A stretch of DNA of 51,351 nt from Phoronis australis (GCA_002633005.1 NMRA01001130.1:1-51351); one strand, 5' to 3'; shown: positions 1 to 12,858, counted from the first letter of the stretch. Numbers and translations are program-made. The notes: a model not told the origin generated them from the letters alone.

Positions 1-1366
1 CATTTTCTCGGAACTTAGAAAATTTAGCACATTTACGCAGGGGACAGACCTGAGCAACTGCGCTCCAGCCTGGGCGGCGAAAACCCCGCAAGCGCCGGCT
101 GGAGACTTTCCACAGATATTGCTGGGACACGACAATGGACTGTATTCCGGCCAGCCGCTGGAGCCCGATACGTTTCCACAGACGGCGACCACGGGGTCAA
201 GTCCGGCATCCTGCGGGGTCTGCGGTGCCGAGGGCGGAGCGCTGCAGGCCGGTCTGTCCCTGCGTATGAGCAAAATTTTCTAAGTGNTCCACAGACGGCG
301 GACCACGGGGTCAAGTCCGGCATCCTGCGGGGTCTGCGGTGCCGAGGGCGGAGCGCTGCAGGCCGGTCTGTCCCTGCGTATGAGCAAAATTTTCTAAGTG
401 TCGCTTTCTCAAAGGTGCTTTGAAAATGTAACAAAAAGCAAACATATTGGGGTCAAGCAGCTGGCCGGTATACAGTCCATTGTCGTGTCCCGGCAATATC
501 TGTGAAAGTCCTCAGTCGGCGCTTGCAGGGTCTGCGCTGCCGAGGCTGGAGCGCGGCTGCTCAGGTCTGTCCCCTGCGTAAAAGTTCCGAGAAAATGTGT
601 CGATTATTGACCATTTGTGTCGGTTTCAGAAACGTCGTGTTGAAATAATTATAAGTCCCAAGAAATGTGTCGATTATTGGCCATTTGTGTCAGTTTCAGA
701 AACGTTGTGTTGANTGCGAAATTTTCTAAGTTCCGAGAAAATGTGTCAGTTATTGACCATTTGTGTCGGTTTCAGAAACGTTGTGTTGAAATAATTATAA
801 GTCCCGAGAAATGTGTCGATTATTGGCCATTTGTGTCGGTTTCAGAAACGTTGTGTTGAAATAATTATAAGTTCCGAGAATTGTGTCGATTATTGGCCAT
901 TTGTGTCGCTTTCTCAAAGGAGCCTTGAAAATATAACAACAGTAAGCAAACAGCGGGGTCTATTGGTAGGCCCGGATACAGTCCCTAGTCGTGTCCCAAG
1001 TGTCTGTGAAAACTCCCCAGACGGTGGTCCACACGGTCAAGTTCGGCAGCTTGCGGGGTCTGCGCTGCTGAGGCCGGAGCGCGACTGCAGGTCTGGCACC
1101 TGCGTTTATGTGCGGACTTTTCCTAAGTTCCGAGAAAATGTGTCGATTTTTGACCATTTGTGTCTTCAAAACAATGTGTTTAAAATGTAACATAATAAAG
1201 GAAACGTAGCCTGGGGGTCCAGACGGGCGGGCTGGTGTACAGTCCCTACTTGTCTCCCAGCAATCTATAAAAAGTCTCCAGGCGCGGCGGTCCATGTGGT
1301 CACCATCAAAAACCGACACATTTTAAAATGCACGTTTTCACTCTACCCTACATGTATATCTTGCCA
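1..1366. repeat. GC-rich repeat-laden nested element inside copy 1, including ~76-bp AAATGTGTCGATTATTG-containing tandem units at ~586-910
   Basis: Homologous to 46321-47411. Repeated GAAAATGTGTCGATTATTGRCCATTTGTGTCG motifs and GC-rich GCGGGGTCTGCG blocks. Confidence 0.75.
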
Positions 1367-1607
1367 TATATCCAGAATTAAACAATGCATACCTGATCCA
1401 ATGGGCAGGATCACATTTCTCTCAGTTCTTATCTTCTCGAACAATAACATTGCTAAATTCATTGCGCGTCAACCTCACGGAGCTTTAGGACGCCTCTTCT
1501 TCTTCCCTCCATGATCTGGGTAGGCACANTCCAACGGGCAGGATCACATTTCTCTCAGTTCTTATCTCCTCTAACAATAACATAGCTAAATTCATTGCGC
1601 GTCAAGC

Positions 1608-1931
1608 TCACGGAGCTTTAGGACGCCTCTTCTTCTTCCCTCCATGATCTGGGTAGGCACAGAGTTTAGATGGGAAGAACTCTACACCAAACTTGTTCCT
1701 ATGAAGGGGACACACCGTCAGTTCATCAGCCGAGCCCTCGTCAAATACAGCTCTGTTCAACAGAAGTTTCCACTTCGTTACGTCCTCCGATATGTTTATG
1801 TACCGCAGATATTTGGACACATCTCTGTCACAGCTCATAACAATCGTCAGATTCTTTTCACCCCCGACTTCAGAACAATTTACTGTGGATTTTGTAGAGA
1901 ATGAACAACAAGTACCCACAAGGGTCGCCAT
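1608..1931 (-). pseudogene. N-terminal Cys/His-rich fragment of a transposase (Sola3-like)
   Basis: MATLVGTCC...CDRDV...LLLNRA...VCPLHR...CAYPDH. The frame continues past stop codons into ...NVILPVGS. Oriented inward from the TIR. Confidence 0.55.
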
Positions 1932-4176
1932 TCTTTTGTCTTCCTTCCCTTGTACTCTCAAAACTAAAATTCTTGTTGTAATTTCAGTTAAACTATTATT
2001 ATTTTATTCGAATATAACTTTATTCTACACATAATTCATTATGAAGAAGGATACAGAGACAAATTGTAATTTTATGCTCCTTTTCTGTTAAAATACGCAA
2101 TTTGATGAGTTTCGGTATGTCACGTGACATCGACCTTCGTTGATAATTGCTTAGGCAATTATGCGAAAGTGCCTCCGAATAAAGTCGGCTTGTCAAAAAA
2201 GGATGAATTATCCCACAGTTCAAATAGTATTACGGTGAACAATAAATTTTTTTCTGTACTAAGACACCATTTTTTAAATATAATTTGGAACTTCTTTTTC
2301 ATAATCGGACTTCTACTATCGGAAAACTTCGGGATTTACTAAGCCTAACCAAGGCCTAACTGAAGTGACGTTCGGTCAATTTTAGTGCGTCAACAAAAAG
2401 TCGAGATGAAATACAAATTCACACAGATGCTCAACGAAATCAATTCCCAAGCACAGCAATGGCTTCAATTCCACTAATTATGATCATTCAAAGTCACAAA
2501 CTGGCTTCCAGCTCTGTGAGTGTTGGCATTCTTTTTGTCTTTTTGGACATTCTTGTCCTGTGTGAAAAAACCACGACGGAAGGTATTTATTATTTTTTTT
2601 TATAGAATGACTCCAGATAAAAAACAGACGTGATTTAGTTATTCATATGTGAGTACAAATTGGTGTGCAAAGTATCAACTTAATTGATGAAAGTGCCTCC
2701 GCCAACATTTTGCAATTTTGCAGGTTTTCTCAGATAATGCCTCTTAAGTCCTCCCAAGTTGTTTCGACCTGATTGACCCGTTCGCTTGCTTATGGACATG
2801 GCGAACCAGCAACATGTAGTTCATCTGTTGTGTGAAAAAAGCACCTGAACTTCCCATTGACAGAGCGTTAAATTGTTTGTTTATGTACCCAAAATAATAG
2901 ACTTGCTTACTTGTTCATTAGCCAACCTTTTTGCATCCTTCATGTGGGCTTGTTTAAAGATAATGTTCCCTCGTTCATAGTCTATAGTCCATAAAATTAC
3001 ATACAAAATTTAAGCCTTTCCGAAGATATGCTGTGATCACTAATCCGATGTGACCGAAACAACTTCCGAATAAACCTCTCGTCAGAATGCTCTATACTGT
3101 AATAAACCCATACTGCAACTGGTTTTAGAGCAGTCAGCGTAGTGCTTATCCATCATTTCATTGAGACGGTGAAATCAAATATAACATGCTCGCATGCACC
3201 AACGTGGAGTGGAGCTCGACAGGCTCGAACGAGCCCCCATTTGGTGAAGTGGGCAAAAAGGTCAGATTCAGAGTAAGAAAAAGTCCGAGAAGACGATTCA
3301 AAAGTCCACTAAAAAGACACGAATGCACAATTCATAGCTCTGAGCGCGGTACCCCTTTTTAGTCCCTCGTTTTTTTGTTAGTAAAAGGTCCACATTGGCA
3401 AAAATTCGAGCCTCCCTACACTTTAGGCTGGGTGCGCTCATCTATACACTAAGCCAGCCATTGAGAAATGTTGCACTGTTACATGTACATGTATGTGCAT
3501 ATCCCAAGTGGGTACGGATAAATCGCAAAACAGATATTTTGTTGTTGCTTTATCCCAGGTCTGTCGCATTGTGGGAAATTTGCATATAATTTTGTGCTTT
3601 GGCGCTGGTATGGCAATTATATTTTTACTCCCCGAAACCAACAACCTTAATAGAAAGTGCAAGGCTCTGTACTCCGAGCCTGTAAATGGTGTTAAAGTTG
3701 TCTTAAGTAAATGCGTGGTAAATCCCTGAGCTTGTCAAGGGACTCAACGGAGGTGAATATTAAGGGTGTTTACCATATACATGTAGGAGAGTTTGAGTAG
3801 GAGCGATCTAGAGCTGGACTGAGTACATGCATCTCGAGGCTCCTCACACCCACAAACGAGGCTTGTGTCGCGCGTGGTTATCATGATGATTGCTAACCAT
3901 CTCCCAAAGCTTTTTCGGTTTAAAATTTCTCAGACATCTGTCTGACTCTGGAAGACCTAATATCTCTAAAACCATTGTAATAAGACTACCCTCGGCACAG
4001 CTTTGCGGAAACATCCACGGCATATATTGACGCAGACGACACATAACCGTTACTCGAGCGACGGTATGCGTTGTATGCGTTGAGTGTGGCAATGACCGAG
4101 CTCCTGACGAATGACTTTTTATACTTCGCAAACTGCACTTTAAGAAAGTTGATTAGCACGACAGTGGTGCGCAACT

Positions 4177-4265
4177 GTTTATTTATTTATTTGAACTTCT
4201 ACTAAACACTGGGTGACCATTTCAGTGAATACTCTGATTTTCAATGGGGTCCAGTTGAAAATAAA
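4177..4265 (-). mobile_element. 3' end of a CR1/L2-type LINE or SINE
   Basis: Minus strand CTGGACCCCATTGAAAATCAG...CTGAAATGGTCACCCAG stem-loop followed by an (AAAT)n tail. Confidence 0.45.
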
Positions 4266-4625
4266 TGCTTGAACTAAAATACAGACAGGTATGTAAACTT
4301 AGATTGAAAAGATTATTAAAATGAATAAATTAGTATAAAAATTATTCTGTACAATTTGATGAATAAATAAGATAAAATAGAGTAAAATAATGGTGAGCTG
4401 AGGCCTACAGTCCCGAACTATGTGCAAAGCCGCAGTTTCTTTTTGAAGACATGGACATTGAGCGCGTTCGCGGCAGCAGTCCCCAGCCCGCGGTAAGCGA
4501 CAACTGTTGGACGCATCCGTGCATGTACGCAGCTTTTTGGATAAACTCGGGGAATTCAGCTTTCTAGATTTCTGGACGTGGTTATTTCGAGATGTGAGTC
4601 GCTATTGCCTCGCTTGCTTTTGTAG

Positions 4626-4772
4626 TTACTCACAGCTGCTCTGGCAACTTCCATGGGAGAGATTGTGATAAACCGTGTAACTGTAAATATGACGTTAAGT
4701 GCGGAGACTTAACCGGCTATTGTCCTACTGGTTGCGCTAACGGCTTCGGAGGAGAAAGCACGTGCTCTTATA
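4626..4772 (+). CDS. Gene A exon: EGF-like (MEGF/laminin-type) repeat
   Basis: ttttgtag acceptor, gtaagt donor, 147 nt, phase 1-1. THSCSGNFHGRDCDKPCNCKYDVKCGDLTGYCPTGCANGFGGESTCSY. Confidence 0.85.
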
Positions 4773-5933
4773 GTAAGTATTAACGTTTGAAAACATCTCA
4801 GCTATTGAAGCTGTGCAAAAAGACAGCAAACAAAACAAACTACGATAGTAATACATTGAACACTTAACTGAATCGCTTTATCTATTCTATATTATACATT
4901 CACGAACACATTGTATAGTGAAACCCCTTTTCTGGAAGAGGGGACAATTTGACAACAAGCATACGCAGTTTCTTGCCAGTATATTATATTATGATACATA
5001 GTTACATAACGACAATATTCTGCAACGATATGAAACAATAGATGAGATTGGACTAGAGTTTAGATGGGTGGAAAATTATAGAAAGTAATTTACTTGTGGC
5101 TAGTACATGTACATACACGTAATGAATATGATTTGTTGTTGAAATCACTGATTGAGTTACAGGATGTGGAAGATGCAATCTAATAAATGTTAATGGCACA
5201 GAAGGTAGAAGTGTGACGTATCAACCACACTTTTATATATCAACTCTACACTCCTTAGTTACCAATCTGCAACGCCCAATGACGTCGTATCGTTGACAGT
5301 CAACAATTCATTGATGGTCAAATGGGTGGACGGTTCGCACAGGCGCTTCCAGGGATTAGGGGTCAAGGTGGTCCAGTCCCGATTTTTCCTCGTTATGTTA
5401 GTGATATCATATATAGCATTTTCAAATTGCCGTCTTGGACCCCTTTTTAAAAGAATCCTTTATCCGACTCCTCATTTTAACAATCCCGGTTCCGCCGCGG
5501 TAATACCGTTGATAAAACTACCTTTAGTCCGATTTAGCGATGGCGTCGAATCCAAGAACTAGTTGTTAAGGGAAGTTATCAATTTGGCAATACCATTAGA
5601 CGAGACCGTACATGTAGTTGTGTGTTCTGGAAACGATTGAGTAGACTTGGCGGGGTCGAGTCAACAACACAATTTCGAGAAGGCCAGCTGTAAACAATTG
5701 TCCACTAGATACCTGTAGATGTACATTGTACCGATAACAATGGCATAACGTGGAAAACTTTATTTAGGGACTGGACGATCGTTTTTTTCTTAGGCTGTTA
5801 GAATTAAGGTTTTGTTGTGGTGTACTTACTACTTAACAAATAGAAATGTTTAATTTTCATCTTGGTTTGGGTAGATTGCAGGTGGGGAAAGTTTGCGATG
5901 CACAGTGTTGTAACATCCGATAATACTTAAGCT

Positions 5934-6185
5934 AAGCACATATTATAAACACATTTTTGTTTAGCACATGGGTTATACATGCAAGATTCATGTACCAAGC
6001 ACATATTATAAACACATTTTTGTTTAGCACATGGATTATACATGCAAGATACATGTACCAAGCACATATTATAAACACATTTTTGTTTAGCACATGGATT
6101 ATACATGCAAGATACATGTACCAAGCACATATTATAAACACATTTTTGTTTAGCACATGGGTTATACATGCAAGATACATGTACC
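5934..6185. repeat. Minisatellite, 63 bp x 4
   Basis: Unit AAGCACATATTATAAACACATTTTTGTTTAGCACATGGRTTATACATGCAAGATWCATGTACC starting at 5934, 5997, 6060 and 6123. Confidence 0.95.
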
Positions 6186-6879
6186 GCAATGCCCAAGCGG
6201 ACTAACATACGCAGCTTTTTCAAGCCTCGTTTCAGTGGTAGCTAGTATGGGCGTTAAGCATCCGGTGTTGACTACAAATGGTTCATGCAAAACTTTTTAC
6301 AATACAGATAGCATATCGTCTTTTCCAATTACTTACACGTGTTTAGTTTTTCTCATCTCTCGTCACGTTCTCGATTTCGTGAGACGAATCTTACATTGAC
6401 ACTCTTACCGGTGTAAATGAGTTACTCGACCGCTTTACGTTGGCTTATCTCGAAATGTACTGCAATCTCTGAGGCCACCGTGCTGTTTTATTTAATTTGG
6501 ACACAATTCTAATGTTGCGATCTCTAGATAATAAGACCACTCTGCTGGCGACAATGCTATGCTTCAAACTTTCATTCTGAAAAGTTTTTAATTATCTAAA
6601 ATAGAATATATTTGAACAGTCCCTGGATAGTACATGTGGTTTAGTTTATCATCTTGAAAATCTGACACAACGTGTGACTTTTGCAACCTAAAGCTTGTGT
6701 GCAATGTTGCCATACCATTTATCTCAATAATTATGGAACGGAGTTGGGCCAATTACCAAATCAGCAGACAAAAATTGCATTTTGGTGTAAGGTAAGTTTC
6801 ATTGCACAATTGTTGGCCTGCAGGGCGTACATGTATTGCATGTGCACCATAGTCACAAAATTTATGTTATGCTTACCAG

Positions 6880-7026
6880 AAAGACCATGCTCGGGCAGCT
6901 ATTACGGTGAATACTGCCAACACCGCTGTCACTGTATGTATGATTTGAGATGTGACAGGGATACTGGTGCCTGCCCTGAAGGAGTTGGGTGTCTCGAGGG
7001 GTTCAAGGGACAAAACTGCTCCGAGC
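6880..7026 (+). CDS. Gene A exon: EGF-like (MEGF/laminin-type) repeat
   Basis: ccag acceptor, gtaagt donor, 147 nt, phase 1-1. RPCSGSYYGEYCQHRCHCMYDLRCDRDTGACPEGVGCLEGFKGQNCSE, paralogous to the previous exon. Confidence 0.88.
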
Positions 7027-9549
7027 GTAAGTACATGAGTTGTTTATGGTAGACTGTATAGTATACGCGAATGCAAGTGCCTCAAATGTGTTCTTTGGCA
7101 ATTCAAACTGCAGCAAATAATTACGTGTATTTTGCACAACAAAGACATCATGAACTTTCCAGGGCGACGGCTAATCGTTTTTTACAAGGTACACATGTCT
7201 TCAATACCTGCAAATTTATATATTTTCACCCCAGTGCAAAGTTGTAAAAAGAAAATAATCACAAAGCATGGCTATTGTTTACAGTCCGACTCCATTAACG
7301 TACATGTACCTGTTATTAATATTTCCTGAATCCTCTCTCTTTGGTGATCAGGATGAAGGCCCGTAGGAAGGCAAAAACTATTGGGGGCACAAACCATTTC
7401 GACTTCGCCAACCTACCCCCTTCTTATCGCCCACCTTTCTTTGGATGTCACCATATTTGTACAGACCCTCGCGTCCTCCATAGGTGGGCTGAGGGTTAAT
7501 AACTGAGATGCAACTATCAGGATTTGAGTAACCGCGAACTAACAGAGTTTTAGGATAGTAAGAATGGGGTTAGGGCCAGCGCACTGACTGGTAGCTGGGA
7601 TCCATCAATGGATTCGATGAACTAGAGCTAATCGCTGGTCAGCTGAGCTATGATTCACTTGAGACTGGCAGCTTAGCTACTACCTATTCCTCTGCGCTGG
7701 CACTAAGGCCAGGATTCGTTTCATTTTGATCAAGTTTCAGGAAAACTTCATTTTATCATGACCATTCTTTGAAGAAATTTTCTGGAAAGGTGAGGTCCCA
7801 AGATCCCTGGTATTAATGCCTTTGTTACCGTTTTAAAATCCTTTGATGAAACACAGGCGGTAGTCCAGTTTCTTGTGGCTGGGAAAATGATACAGAGTGT
7901 GTCCCAAAAATGAACACACTTCAACGACTAGCTGGAGTTCAAATTCAGCTCCCGTGGATCACTGCAATTCTGCGCAGGCACACTGCATGGTTACACCTTA
8001 CATGTATTTTCTTCGCGGCTGTGTCAGTCACTATTGGAAACTAACATCATCAAGGAAGTTCAAAGAGAACTTTGCCAAGTTGATGAGCAATACGTTTAAT
8101 TTTATCCATTTACGCACTGAAACTTCTTTTTCGATCTACAGTTTGTGAACTTAAAACCACTAATTTATTTCTCAAGTCAATAAACAATTTTTAGTCATTT
8201 GAATTGTGAGAAAATGTTAGGACACTGTGTAAGGCTGTCCGACATTTATCAATATCTTTGAGTTTTTTTCAGATAGACAAATCAAATCGTTTAATGTACT
8301 TTTATATTTGGGGACCTGATGAATTTTTCCAATATCTGCTTGCAACTAAGTTCGTTGAAGCATTGTCATTTGTTAAAACATTGGCTTCTAATTGTAAAAA
8401 ATCAGCCGTCAATCAGCCCATTCTGGTAGATACATAAACAAAAATTCAGAAATCAAAAATCGAATCCATGAGTAATGCGTTCCCTTGATTTAATGTCTTG
8501 ATCCTCTGTTATCGAGCTAATACGACAAATTTTGTACGGTAGTCAAAAAGCAAAAATTTTTTCCATATTCAGGCTTCAACTAAATTCACTGAAATAATAA
8601 CCTGTCCGTTTTCGTAGGTACAGTGTACATAAAAATTTAAATCAGAAATCAACGATTTTTTTTATCAGAACGGAATATTTTAAGCAATTTCGGCAGGCAT
8701 GATCGCAGATTTTGACGGGTAAACCGGGGAACATGAGAAATGGGGCATTCATATTAAGGGGTATTTATGCTCATTTCCGATGTACATGTACCTATAACGG
8801 TTCACGAGTCTTAACTTGAATTCTCAAAACGCTGAAATAGTTGTTTACTATTGTGACTACATGTATTTTGAGTACCCCTTTCGACATGTACACGGTCATC
8901 GCAAATTGTAGCCCAGTCGTTTCGACAAGTGAATTCATTATTAACTGTTCCTAGTAACGACCTTCTAAAATAAATACTGTGCTATTGGAAAATAAAACGT
9001 TATTTGTAACTAACCACCGGAAGGAGCTTTTTTGTGTAATTCACAAATAATGATCTCCACGTTCTTAGAAATTCCAACTTTTGATGGTGGTCAATCCTAT
9101 TGTATTTTTCACATTTTTGGTTGTTTGGGTCAAATGTTTTGATATTGCTGTGTTGTGAATCTCAATTTCCCCTCGTGAATGCTTAGCAGTGTCGGATGTA
9201 CATGCATGGAGGTACATGTATAGCGAACCGCCCCATTGATAGGGGGTCCCGTCTGAATTGATGAAAGGGGTACACATTATAATCCTTGGCAAGAGTGACA
9301 GTTCATTTCCACAGTCGGGTGACTTGGCAAGAACCGACTTTCCTCAGCATGAAAGACGGTTGTACTATTTCACAAAAGCAGGAAAATAGAGAATAATTGA
9401 TTCCAACATTGGGCTCTGTCTTCGTGACCAACCCTTTAAGAATTGGTCAATTAAAACACGAAAGGGGTGACCACATCAATGTCTTCAATGGTCCTCTTCA
9501 AGAGTTGGGCCCTTAAATATGAAAAGATCTATATTTTCAAAATCAGTTT

Positions 9550-9960
9550 TTGGCCACAATTATAGGACTCACACAGAGACGCCTTTGTGACCAGTTGAAA
9601 GAACATCATGCATGTACCTCACAGAAAAGTATAGGCATTGTATTAGCTACAATCACCAAGTCAACTATGTTAGTATTATCTGCAGAGAACCTAATAAGGA
9701 GTTACGGTACCTTAAAGAGTCATTGGCCATTCAGAACCAGCATGCCACTGATGCTTTGAATAAGATGCAGAGTTCTGTAACCCTGCACCTATGGTGATGA
9801 TCAGTTACCGACCATATTCTATGTATCTCTCACTTCACTCTATGGATGTTACCTGAGCTGTATGTTGGCACCTGTTGTCCTAACTTGTTGTAAATATGAT
9901 CCCGATGATGTCTACTGAAAAGACGAAACATTGATTTGAACACGAACTTTTTTATTTGTG
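9550..9960 (+). mobile_element. Degenerate Penelope-like element 3' fragment (GIY-YIG endonuclease plus pLTR)
   Basis: IIGLTQRRLCDQLKEH, then after a frameshift IICREPNKELRYLKESLAI...LN. Hammerhead-like motif at 9902-9933. Confidence 0.7.
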
Positions 9961-10904
9961 TGGCGATCGTCCGGTTTTTAATATTTTCAAAATTCATGAA
10001 ATGAGAAGCAATTCATGTAATCTGCTTGGCGATTAATTGAATTTTCTCAAGTGAAACACGGTACACAATTTAGAGAAAGAATAACACAAAAATAGAGCGA
10101 CAGTTGTCTTTGTTACCCTTTGCTGGAGAAGAGCTTATGGAAAATATATTTTGCATTTCTGCATTTGCAAAAATGCCTAAATGAATTCAAAAATCTAATG
10201 ACTTAATATGCTCACAAAAGCTTCGCTTTACGAATTTTCTCGGTTTTCTAGATACATGCAGGACAGATAAAGTTCACGTACATGTATGCAACAAAAACGG
10301 AGATAAAAAAATATCCTGGCCAGGGACCTCAAAGGGTAAACCATGCACAGATACTGAGTTGTCAAATGTTCTCTTGAACTTTCTCTCTTATCCGTATTCA
10401 TAGTCTTTCTTTTCTCCACTGTCCCCGCCCCAAGGTTATGTCGGTTACCATGGCCTAACCCTGGTACCTGCATTTTTGGGAGGGGGGCATGGGCTCCCTG
10501 CACCCCTCCTCCCGCTTCATACGGCCCTGTGGTGATTCCAAAAATGTATTTCTCGTACCAATTAGGCTCTTTTTATTCATGCATGCATTGTGTTTATTAG
10601 CTGCAGCCGATCTCGAGTGACCCCCATTATCAAACTGAGACACATCTCGAAAGGAATGATAACTACAATGATCACAACAGTGTCAGAAGACCTCAAAATT
10701 GGCTAGTATACATGTATTAAGCGTACCGCGTGGCACATTACGGAAAATCTAGGTAAAAACAGTAATGGTCATTTGTAAAGGATTGCCTTCTCAAGCCTTC
10801 GTCTTCATGGACAAACGTCGACCTCCAAAACACATGAAATTTCGCCTACATTGTAAATGATTTCGGTTCGTGTTTTGGCGGATATGTGTAGTCTCAGAGA
10901 CACA

Positions 10905-11116
10905 GGGGCCCGTTCCAAGAAATTGACTTAAGTCATTTTTACTTAAGTCTCAACTTCCTGACTTTGAAACTTCTACATCCAGTGAGATAGCAAAATTAAG
11001 ATAAAACTTAAGATATCTTTCTTGAATCAGCTAGCCTCGATACAAATTGAAGTTTTCTCTAAAGATTTACTAAAATTCTAAGTTGTCTTAGCTAAGTTAA
11101 TTTTGATGGAACGGAC
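10905..11116. mobile_element. MITE (GGGGYCCGTTCCA family), copy 1
   Basis: Left end GGGGCCCGTTCCAAGAAA, right end TTTTGATGGAACGGAC. Internal CTTAAG motifs. Similar to 12063-12292. Confidence 0.55.
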
Positions 11117-11815
11117 GGATAACTGTATCAAACAAGTGGAATTATGTAATAATATAACTAAGTTCACTTGCATGCTAAATTACACGAACAAAGAAACACA
11201 TTCTGCATCGAACAAACTTCACTTTAGGCCAATCGTTAATTATCAATTCTGATGAAAGGTGTTGCATTTTAAATTGGCTGCCTGCCTTAATCCTCGTTGC
11301 AAATGAACGTCTTGGAAAAACATTGACATTTTGAATGAGAACGGACCAATCAGGACAAGTAATCCTTTTTTGGAATAACCTTGACGAGAGGATTCGGAAA
11401 ATAAGTAAAAAGTGTGTGCGTTTTTGGAGTCGGATTGTAAACAATAATCGTTAACGTTTTGCGAGCTTTCAAGTTATTTAAACACAGACGTGACTATTTG
11501 GGTAAATTCGCTGATCCAAATACCGACGACGACGTACTTGCCAGAATAATGGTTGCCATATCTGCCAGATGTCGGTAATGTATGATGACGTAACTGCTGT
11601 ATGCGTACCACGATGGCAGATTTCATACATTGAAAATATTCAGAGTTGTTAAACCATGTACTAATAGTCTTTGGGACTCTGACTACTCGCAACCGAGGTA
11701 GTGCATGTAATTTTGAAATCGAATCTGTGTTGGGTGATCGCGAATATGCATCACTGTCGCCGTAGTATCACTTAATAATGTTGTGTTTTGATGTGATGTA
11801 ACACGCTCATTACAG

Positions 11816-12046
11816 GTGACTTAGGAAACACGTGCTCCGGGGAGGAAGTCATAGAGGTCAGCAATGAGGACTGCACTTGCCAGAAATATATCAATACTCC
11901 TAGAACAGGGTTGGAGATTGTCTCCTACGGTTCGTGCGACGTGGACGAACTGTTCAGTACAGAAACGTGTAAATGCGTTCACAGAAGCGAGTATCCAACG
12001 TGCAGAGGAACCACAAGAAATATATGCGGCGATTATGATGAGTGGA
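11816..12046 (+). CDS. Gene A exon: Cys-rich, chitin-binding type-2 (peritrophin-A)-like domain
   Basis: tacag acceptor, gtaagc donor, 231 nt, phase 1-1, open frame DLGNTCSGEEVIEVSNEDCTCQKYINTPRTGLEIVSYGSCDVDELFSTETCKCVHRSEYPTCRGTTRNICGDYDEW. The domain call is tentative. Confidence 0.75.
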
Positions 12047-12062
12047 GTAAGCAGTTAGATAA

Positions 12063-12292
12063 GGGGTCCGTTCCATAAAAGTGATTTAATTATTTTTTTT
12101 TACTTAAGTTTAAAAAATTGGCCCAGACCTAAAACTTCCACATCGGGAGTTAGTTAAAACTTAAAACAAAACTAAAGTCAAAAGTTTAGTCAAACTTAAG
12201 ATCACTTCTTAGAACGGATTTTGACAAATGGACATTTGATGTTAAACTTTGCTTGAATTTAAGATTTTGTCTTAACTAAATAGAAAGGGCCC
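12063..12292. mobile_element. MITE (GGGGYCCGTTCCA family), copy 2
   Basis: GGGGTCCGTTCCATAAAA ... TAGAAAGGGCCC. Internal similarity to 10905-11116. Confidence 0.5.
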
Positions 12293-12549
12293 AATGACTG
12301 CTAGATAACAAGTGTTCGTGTAGTTATTAAGGTCGCAATGCAGTAAATCCGGTTCAGCCTAAATTTACAGCTTATATTATTTTACTACCGTATTTCCCGG
12401 ATGTGTTGCAAAGATAATTGGAAAATAAAAAGGTTGTGTGACTTCCATGGTCAGCCCATGTTTGCTAATCTGCATCTATATCTACTCTTTGTCTTACGTA
12501 TATTAAAGTACTTGTATATCCCCACTTTATTGTTTTTTTTCAAAAATGG

Positions 12550-12700
12550 AAGTCCGTGGTTAGAGCTCCGGACTCCCGAATGTCAGACCTGGGTTCAACT
12601 CCTGGCTTCATTGGCTGACATTCGAGCACTGCGTATGTCTCCTATTCTTGTGAGCTCGGTGTTACTGTGAACGTGTGCAAGAGAGTGAATGAGAAACTGG
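12550..12700 (+). mobile_element. Possible tRNA-derived SINE remnant
   Basis: A-box-like TGGTTAGAG and B-box-like GGTTCAACTCC at tRNA-like spacing. No complete cloverleaf. Confidence 0.4.
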
Positions 12701-12810
12701 CTAAAGCATGTTTCGTTTTAAAATTTAAATAAAGAAAAATCAATAAATCTTGATATTCTACGTAAACTTCAGTTGAAATTCGTCCTTGCAAAGCGTAGTG
12801 TTTGTTTCAG

Positions 12811-12858
12811 CTTACTTTGAGAATGCCGTATACCAATGTTACAGTTATAACGACACTG
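12811..12858 (+). CDS. Gene A small exon
   Basis: tgtttcag acceptor, gtgagt donor, 48 nt, phase 1-1. TYFENAVYQCYSYNDT. Confidence 0.7.

Larger units (their letters stand above)
1..2743 (-). mobile_element. Non-autonomous TTAA-target DNA transposon (Sola3-like), copy 1, truncated by the window start
   Basis: Near-identical to 46321-48654. Ends in the 25-bp TIR TGCAGGTTTTCTCAGATAATGCCTC (2719-2743) followed by TTAA (2744-2747). The flank differs from that of copy 2. Confidence 0.85.

Noticed and set aside
174-405. ~115-bp direct duplication around the N at 287 (similar cases at N714 and N1529)
   Set aside because: Each duplication abuts a single N and is absent from copy 2 at 46321-48654. Most likely unmerged contig or haplotype overlaps.
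586-910. Regularly spaced repeats resembling a CRISPR array
   Set aside because: The intervening sequences are not unique spacers, there are no cas genes, and the context is eukaryotic. These are tandem units of the nested element.
5927-6223. Cys-rich repetitive ORFs on both strands
   Set aside because: By-product of a 63-bp (multiple of 3) minisatellite, with no splice or start context.
7890-8235. TACAGAGTGTGTCCC, a possible Tc1/mariner-type end
   Set aside because: The partner end (GGACACTGTGTA near 8221-8231) is too weak to define an element.
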